From Prorocentrum cordatum (taxonomy: Eukaryota): a stretch of 64,000 nucleotides of DNA. The translations under genes and the position numbers were made by a program. This document shows, in pieces, positions 58,800-64,000 of the stretch (positions are counted from its first letter, which is position 1; each line of letters starts with the position of its first letter). The stretch covers positions 992,001-1,056,000 of the forward strand of contig CAUYUJ010000003.1 of assembly GCA_963575745.1 (NCBI GenBank). The letters are read 5' to 3'. Under the pieces are notes generated by a model. It was given only the letters and a program-made list of their open reading frames with translations. It did no database searches and was not told where the DNA came from.

Positions 58800-59930
58800 C
58801 AATCCTCTGAGTGCGCCTGAGCGGGCCGCCCGAGGGTCGCTGACATGCAACCGTAGCATCCCTCGGTGTACCCGTGCCTCTCTGCAGCTCGACGTCGCGC
58901 CTCAGGTAGACGCGCCTCGGCGCCCCTGGCACCGTCGGCGTCGGCACATCCGGCAGCTGCGCGTCGGGCGCCACCTGGTCCGCCACGATCTTCGCGCGCG
59001 CCGGCGGCGCCGCCGGGCCGCCGCCCCAGTCGGGGGCACGATGGCCCTCGATGCCTCCTGGGACCGAGTCCCAAGGCGCCCCGCGCATCTCGGCCAGCAG
59101 CACCTTGTCCGACCTGCTGGGCCCCTGGAGGCGCCTCGCGCTGCGGGCCTGGAAGACCCCCCTCGGCGCGCCGATGTACACCTCGTCGGTGCCCTCCACG
59201 ACCCCGAAGAAGATGCGCCCCAGCCACCTGTCCACCAGCCGCGACGCCCTCTTGCCCGCAGGCAAGTAGAAGACCTTCGCCGAGAAGGCCAGCAGTGGCT
59301 TCTTGAATTTCTCAGCTCGCATGGCGTCCTGCCATTGGCTGCCCGCTGGCCTCGGCTGAGCATTGGGCCAGCGTGCCGCGCAAGCCACGGCAGCACGGGA
59401 CGACTCTGCCCGAACACCGCCCTGTGCAGCTCCTCCGCCGCGTGCCGCAGTGTGCGCACGAGACCCTCGATGTCTCGCACCGCTCCTTCTGCGAGCCCAT
59501 TGCTCTGGGACTCGCCCACGGCCGACTCCTCGGTCATGGCCGCGACGCCCTTATCCTTGACCTGCACCGCAGCTGCGGCCTTCAGGGCCAGGGTGGACTT
59601 CTCCTGGTCCGACCCCAGGTACATCTTCGCGCAGCCCATCTGCGCGCAGAGCCGCGCCAACGTCTCCACGTTGAAGGGGTGCGTCAGCCCCTTGCTCGGC
59701 AGCACCTCACTCAAAGTCCATCGAGTCGCCGAGCCTCGCACCATCGGGATCGGCGAGGAGCCGTCCTCGCCGTCCTCGTTTCCGCCCTAGTCCATCGCGA
59801 CGATGGGCACTCCGTCCTCCGCGCGGTCGCACTGCTCATGTGGAGCCGCGCGCCCGCGGCCCGCCGCGCAGCGGCGGCGCCGCGCCCGGGCGGGGGCGCG
59901 GCTCACCTCGTGGTCCATCTTCTCCTGCTC
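58800..59930 (-). pseudogene. Copia integrase
   Basis: Degenerate HHCC, PIVAMD*, LGSDQE, ESQSNGLAEGAVR, RHGYTEGCYGC. Confidence 0.88.
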
Positions 59931-60199
59931 CGCGGGCCCCCGCGGTCTCCTCGCGGCCCTGATCGCGGGGGCCTCCGCATCGCTCTCGCCGTCCTCGCCC
60001 GGCTGTGCCGGGCGGCGCTGCTCGCCGCCCTCACCTGGCTGTGCCGGGGGGGACTGCTCGCCGTAGGGATCCTCGACAACTGGAGGGAGCTCGTCGTCGC
60101 CACCTCCACGCAACGGGCAGATCTCACTGCCCTCCGCGAGTGCCAGGCAGACAGCGGTCAGGCCTGCCGGGTGAAACCCGGCGGCCCCTGGCCCAGCAC

Positions 60200-60620
60200 C
60201 CCGCGCGCCTTCGCGTGCGGGTCGACGCCCAGCTCCGCCTCGTACACGTTGTTGCGCCTCACGAAGTCGCTCTCCTGCCCTGTGCTCTCGTTCCTCGCGA
60301 AGCTCCTCTCGCTGCCGAAGACGATCGCGTGCCCCGCATCGACCATCTCCGAGACTGAGGCCAGCCCCTTTGTCACAGGGGCCACCCTCGCCTTGGTGCC
60401 CTTGATCACGGCGTGCCGCCCGCGGTGGCGATCTCGCCCGCGAGCTCGCGCGTGCCGCAGTTGGGTGCCCAGCCACCGCCCGCCGTGCGGTTGCCTTCGC
60501 CATTCCTGCTCATCTCGTTCTCCGCCAACGGGTAGTCCGTGAAGCTCTCCTTGGGCATCGCCGTCGTAGCCGCGCCGGAGTCGACGCCCATCGCGAGCTT
60601 CCGAGGGCCGCGCGCGACCG
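60200..60620 (-). pseudogene. Aspartic protease
   Basis: MGVDSGAATTAMP; VTKGLASVSEMVDAGHAIVF. Confidence 0.85.
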
Positions 60621-60713
60621 CCCCCAGCTCCAGCAGCTTGCCGTAGAGCTCCTCGCTCACGATCCCGTTGTCCTGCAGCAGGTCGCAGGCCGCCTGCGCC
60701 GCGTCGCCCTTGT

Positions 60714-61898
60714 TCAGGGCGTTGAGGATGAGCCCGCGGATGGCCTTCTCAGGCTCCGGCTTACGACCCCATCGACAGCCGAGACCTCACGCTGTTTGCA
60801 GTCCTTGGAGATGCGGCCCGGCTTGTTGCACTTGTAGCACGCGCGCTGCTCTGAGCCGTGCCCAGCGCCAGCGCCGCCGCCGGGCCCTCCTCCACCGCCT
60901 CGGCCTCCCTTGCTGACCTCCCCGTCGTCTCCCTTGACCTTGCCGCCGCCGCCGCGGCCCTTGTCCTTGTCGGCGAACCAGCAGTCCTTCTCGAGGTGCC
61001 CTTGGCGGCCGCAGTTGAGGCACGGGCCGACCGGCTTTGGAGGCTGAGGGTAGCCGTGGCCACCCCCCCTCTTGCCGCCCGTGCCTCCGCCCTTGCCCCC
61101 GAAGGCTCCGAGCTCCATCGGCATCGGTCCTCCAGGAGTCGCCGCCACTGCTGCCTGGGCGCGGCGCACGCTCACAATCTCCTCGCAGAACTGCACCCAC
61201 TGCTCGAGCCTCTCCGCGTTCAAGATCCCGTGCTGCTTCAGCGGGCTGTCTGGCAACCTCTGCAGCGCGATTCCGATCTTGATGGCGTTGCTCAGCTGCT
61301 CGCCCGCCTGGCCCTCGCAGAGCGAGATCTCGCGCTCGAAGGCCTCCAACCTCGTGATGAGCTCGCTGCCGAAGTCCCAGCTGGGCAGCTGCATCACGAG
61401 GCCCGCGTACCTCGTTCGCACCTGAGGCTCGTAGCGGTGGTTCAGTTGCCGCCACGCCTCCAGGCCCTCCAGCGCACCCGAATTTTGCACCACGTCGAAG
61501 GCCTGAGCCCTGCACGTCTGCACAAGCCAGTAGTGCAGCTGGCGGCTGATCTCCACGCCGTCGTCCTCCAGGGTCGCATTGAGCATGGGCACCGTTGCCC
61601 TCGCTGCCCTCTGGAGCGCCTCCGCCATGCGAGGGTTGGTTGCTCCTGCGTACGCCCCGAAGACGACCGACCAGTCCCGCCACTTCGTGCCGTCGAAGTG
61701 CTCGGGCTTGCCTATCGTCCGAACCTCTGCGGCCCAACGCTTAGCCGCCGGCGCCGCTCCCTCCCGCTGTGCGGGTGCAGCCGCCCGCGCCTCGTCCGCT
61801 GCCTGCCGCGCCTGCGCGGCCTCTCCTCTCTCCGCGATGAGCTCCTGCTGCGTCGCGTGCATCTGCGCCTGCAGGTCACGCAGAACCTGCTCCGCCAT
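60714..61898 (-). CDS. Copia Gag with two CCHC zinc knuckles
   Basis: GKPEHFDG..W, GLEAWRQL..RYEP, PMELG, CLNCGRQGHLEKDC, CYKCNKPGRISKDC. Confidence 0.9.
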   Translation of the reverse strand: MAEQVLRDLQAQMHATQQELIAERGEAAQARQAADEARAAAPAQREGAAPAAKRWAAEVRTIGKPEHFDGTKWRDWSVVFGAYAGATNPRMAEALQRAARATVPMLNATLEDDGVEISRQLHYWLVQTCRAQAFDVVQNSGALEGLEAWRQLNHRYEPQVRTRYAGLVMQLPSWDFGSELITRLEAFEREISLCEGQAGEQLSNAIKIGIALQRLPDSPLKQHGILNAERLEQWVQFCEEIVSVRRAQAAVAATPGGPMPMELGAFGGKGGGTGGKRGGGHGYPQPPKPVGPCLNCGRQGHLEKDCWFADKDKGRGGGGKVKGDDGEVSKGGRGGGGGPGGGAGAGHGSEQRACYKCNKPGRISKDCKQREVSAVDGVVSRSLRRPSAGSSSTP

Positions 61899-62136
61899 CA
61901 GTGCCGCTGCCTCTCAGCACGGCTTGGGCGCCCTCCTAGCACCCGGAGCTCGTTCGGGCAGTGGCCAAGAGCAACCCAGATCTTCCTCAGCCTTGCCACC
62001 CGCCTGAGCTTTCTCGCGAAGCAGGCCCAGGCTGTGACCAGCGCCGCTCGGCGCAGCTCGAGAGCCTCCTGGCTCGTCTGCCCGGCACCACCCCAGGCGC
62101 GTCGGCAGCACAGCGGGAGCCACCGCTGCGCTACTA

Positions 62137-62209
62137 TGGATGATTATTTTCTTCACAAAGCCCAAACCGCTTGATGCACATGGCCACGGAGGACTGACCT
62201 GCATATGCA
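62137..62209 (-). repeat. 5' LTR (73 bp)
   Basis: Direct repeat of 55876-55948; followed on the - strand by tagtagcgcagcgg (weak PBS candidate). Confidence 0.9.
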
Positions 62210-62743
62210 ATCGCATACGCATGCATACACATATACATTACGTGCACACATACACCGACATGTGTATATATATACGCATATCCATATACTATACACAATC
62301 ACATACACCTACATTTACATACACATATACATGTACGTGTACAACTGAATAGACAAGTACTCATACACCAAACAATCACGTACATAAACATTACATACAT
62401 AGACATGTATACATCTATATATACATACACAGAAACGTAAAAACGCACACATATTCATAAACGTGTACAACTGCATAAATATACGTGTGTATGTATTGAC
62501 ACATGCCCGTACACACCTATAACACATAGCTATGTGCCATGATATGCATACATGTGTAAACACACACACATATATATATGTGTGTATGGGTTATATATAT
62601 GTATATATATATACATACACATATACATACACATCCGAATATACATGTGTGTATGCATGCGTGCATACACACATCCATATATGTATATAACTTGTACGCA
62701 CACTATACAAATGTATGTTTGAATATGTACACATGTACCAAAT

Positions 62744-62777
<34 letters not shown>

Positions 62778-62850
62778 GTGTAACCAGGCATACACACTTG
62801 CATGCAAACATTCATACACACACGTGCGTACATACATACGTACATCGATA
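62210..62850. repeat. Degenerate (CA/TA)n AT-rich tract
   Basis: Read directly; similar tract at 55790-55875 on the other side of the copia element. Confidence 0.9.
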
Positions 62851-63211
62851 CAAGTGGCGGAGTCCAGAAACCCTGAAATTAAAAACGTTACCATCTCTGG
62901 GGGGCGCATTTGTTACTTCCGCCAGTCTCCACCGAACTTATAATTATTCTCCCACTAGGCACGCACGGTTCTGGGATAAAGCGTCTCGTGGTGGGCCTCG
63001 CTAAAAAGTCAACCGGAACTGGCGCGACGGAAGCATTTAAGATCCCGTCAGGTGGCCAAGAGAAAACACCTACTGGGACCGCTGTCGGGGGCGAAAAAGG
63101 CGGACTGGCCCCATCTCCATATCCAACGCGCCACCCATACGCGCTTCCACCTCTGTGGGAGCAGCACTGTAGGGACAGCCCCCCGCCTCCCCCTTAGCAG
63201 AGTGGGAGGGG

Positions 63212-63973
63212 CTACCCAAGCATAAAAAACAAAATCCAAACTCGTGTCCTCGCCCCTACCCGTCGATCCAAAACTGTGGGTAATGCGAAGCTGGACAGAG
63301 CGACCGAACCGAAAGAAATGAGAGAGATGGAGAGGGAGAGAAAGAGAGAGGGAGCTGGGAGATCGGGAACAAAAACCCTAGGAGGTGGAGGAGGGCGGAC
63401 CGCGCCTGCCGGTACGACGCCGCCTGCCGTTACGACGCCACCTGCCGTTTCGACGCTGGCCGAGCCTACTGCTTCGTGGCTTTCTTTTCGCCTGGCCCTG
63501 GGCTGCGCCTTGCCTTTCTTGAAAGCGATTCTCTCGATCGCCTTCGCTGTCTTGCAACGGGGGTCATGGTCGAAGACCAAGTTGACCTGGCATGCCTGTA
63601 AGCACCCGTTCAGGCGTAGCACCATCACCGCAGCCTTGCGATCCACGTGGTGGCTCACGGCGAACACCCAGCGGACGCTTTGCTTGCCTTCGTCGTCGTT
63701 GTCGTCGTCCTCGCTCGCCAGCTCGACGCTGAAGCAATGGGCCGCCGAGAAGCGGAAGGACGGATCCTGGACAATCTCCCCGTACTTCGAGAGGGTGTCG
63801 AGGGCGCGGAGGGTATCCTCCTGCATCGCACCCTGCTTCGCTGCGTCGGTGACTTTCTGACCGGCTAACTGCGCGGCCTCGTGAAGGCGGAAGACGAGCT
63901 GTTTTATGTATACGTCGGGGCGCTTGCTCAGCGGATTCCCCTTGAACTCGCTCTCGTTCTCGCGCCTTCTCGT
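63212..63973 (-). pseudogene. Unidentified intronless coding relic running off the window edge
   Basis: Frame open from 63973 (ENESEFKGNPLSKRPDVY..QEDTLRALD..VRWVFAVSH); complex protein-like composition; apparent frameshift near 63960. Confidence 0.4.
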
Positions 63974-64000
63974 TCACGGCCCCGCCGAGTTTCCGCCAGC

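Larger units (their letters stand above)
55876..62209 (-). mobile_element. Full-length Ty1/copia LTR retrotransposon with a DNMT-like domain between integrase and RT (frameshifted)
   Basis: 73-bp LTRs at 55876-55948 and 62137-62209; gag-PR-INT-DNMT-RT-RNaseH motifs in order. Confidence 0.93.

Noticed and set aside
56442..59790. Long + strand ORFs (718 and 498 aa)
   Set aside because: Antisense shadows of the GC-rich copia pol on the - strand.
55871..62214. TSD for copia element 2
   Set aside because: Flanks tatac vs atcgc do not match.

Overview
GC-rich, repeat-dominated eukaryotic DNA, most likely from a dinoflagellate (inferred from a relict spliced-leader-like motif, the retroelement families and the zinc-finger type). 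It holds three decayed minus-strand retrotransposons: two Ty1/copia LTR elements (~14.5-25.5 kb and 55.9-62.2 kb) and one tyrosine-recombinase (DIRS-order) element with split direct repeats (39.9-46.2 kb). Each carries a C5 DNA-methyltransferase-like domain, at a different position in each element. Also present are two long foldback (inverted-repeat) elements (0.3-6.7 kb and 9.9-12.5 kb), a ~0.9-kb non-autonomous element with asymmetric ends, many micro- and minisatellites, and the 3' exons of a host CCCH-type zinc-finger gene (~34.1-34.7 kb). The most unusual signal is that conserved retroelement codons are repeatedly broken by A:T->G:C transitions, the reverse of CpG decay or RIP. Most ORFs in the track are low-complexity artefacts. 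All domain calls are by-eye motif recognition, and internal boundaries are approximate.
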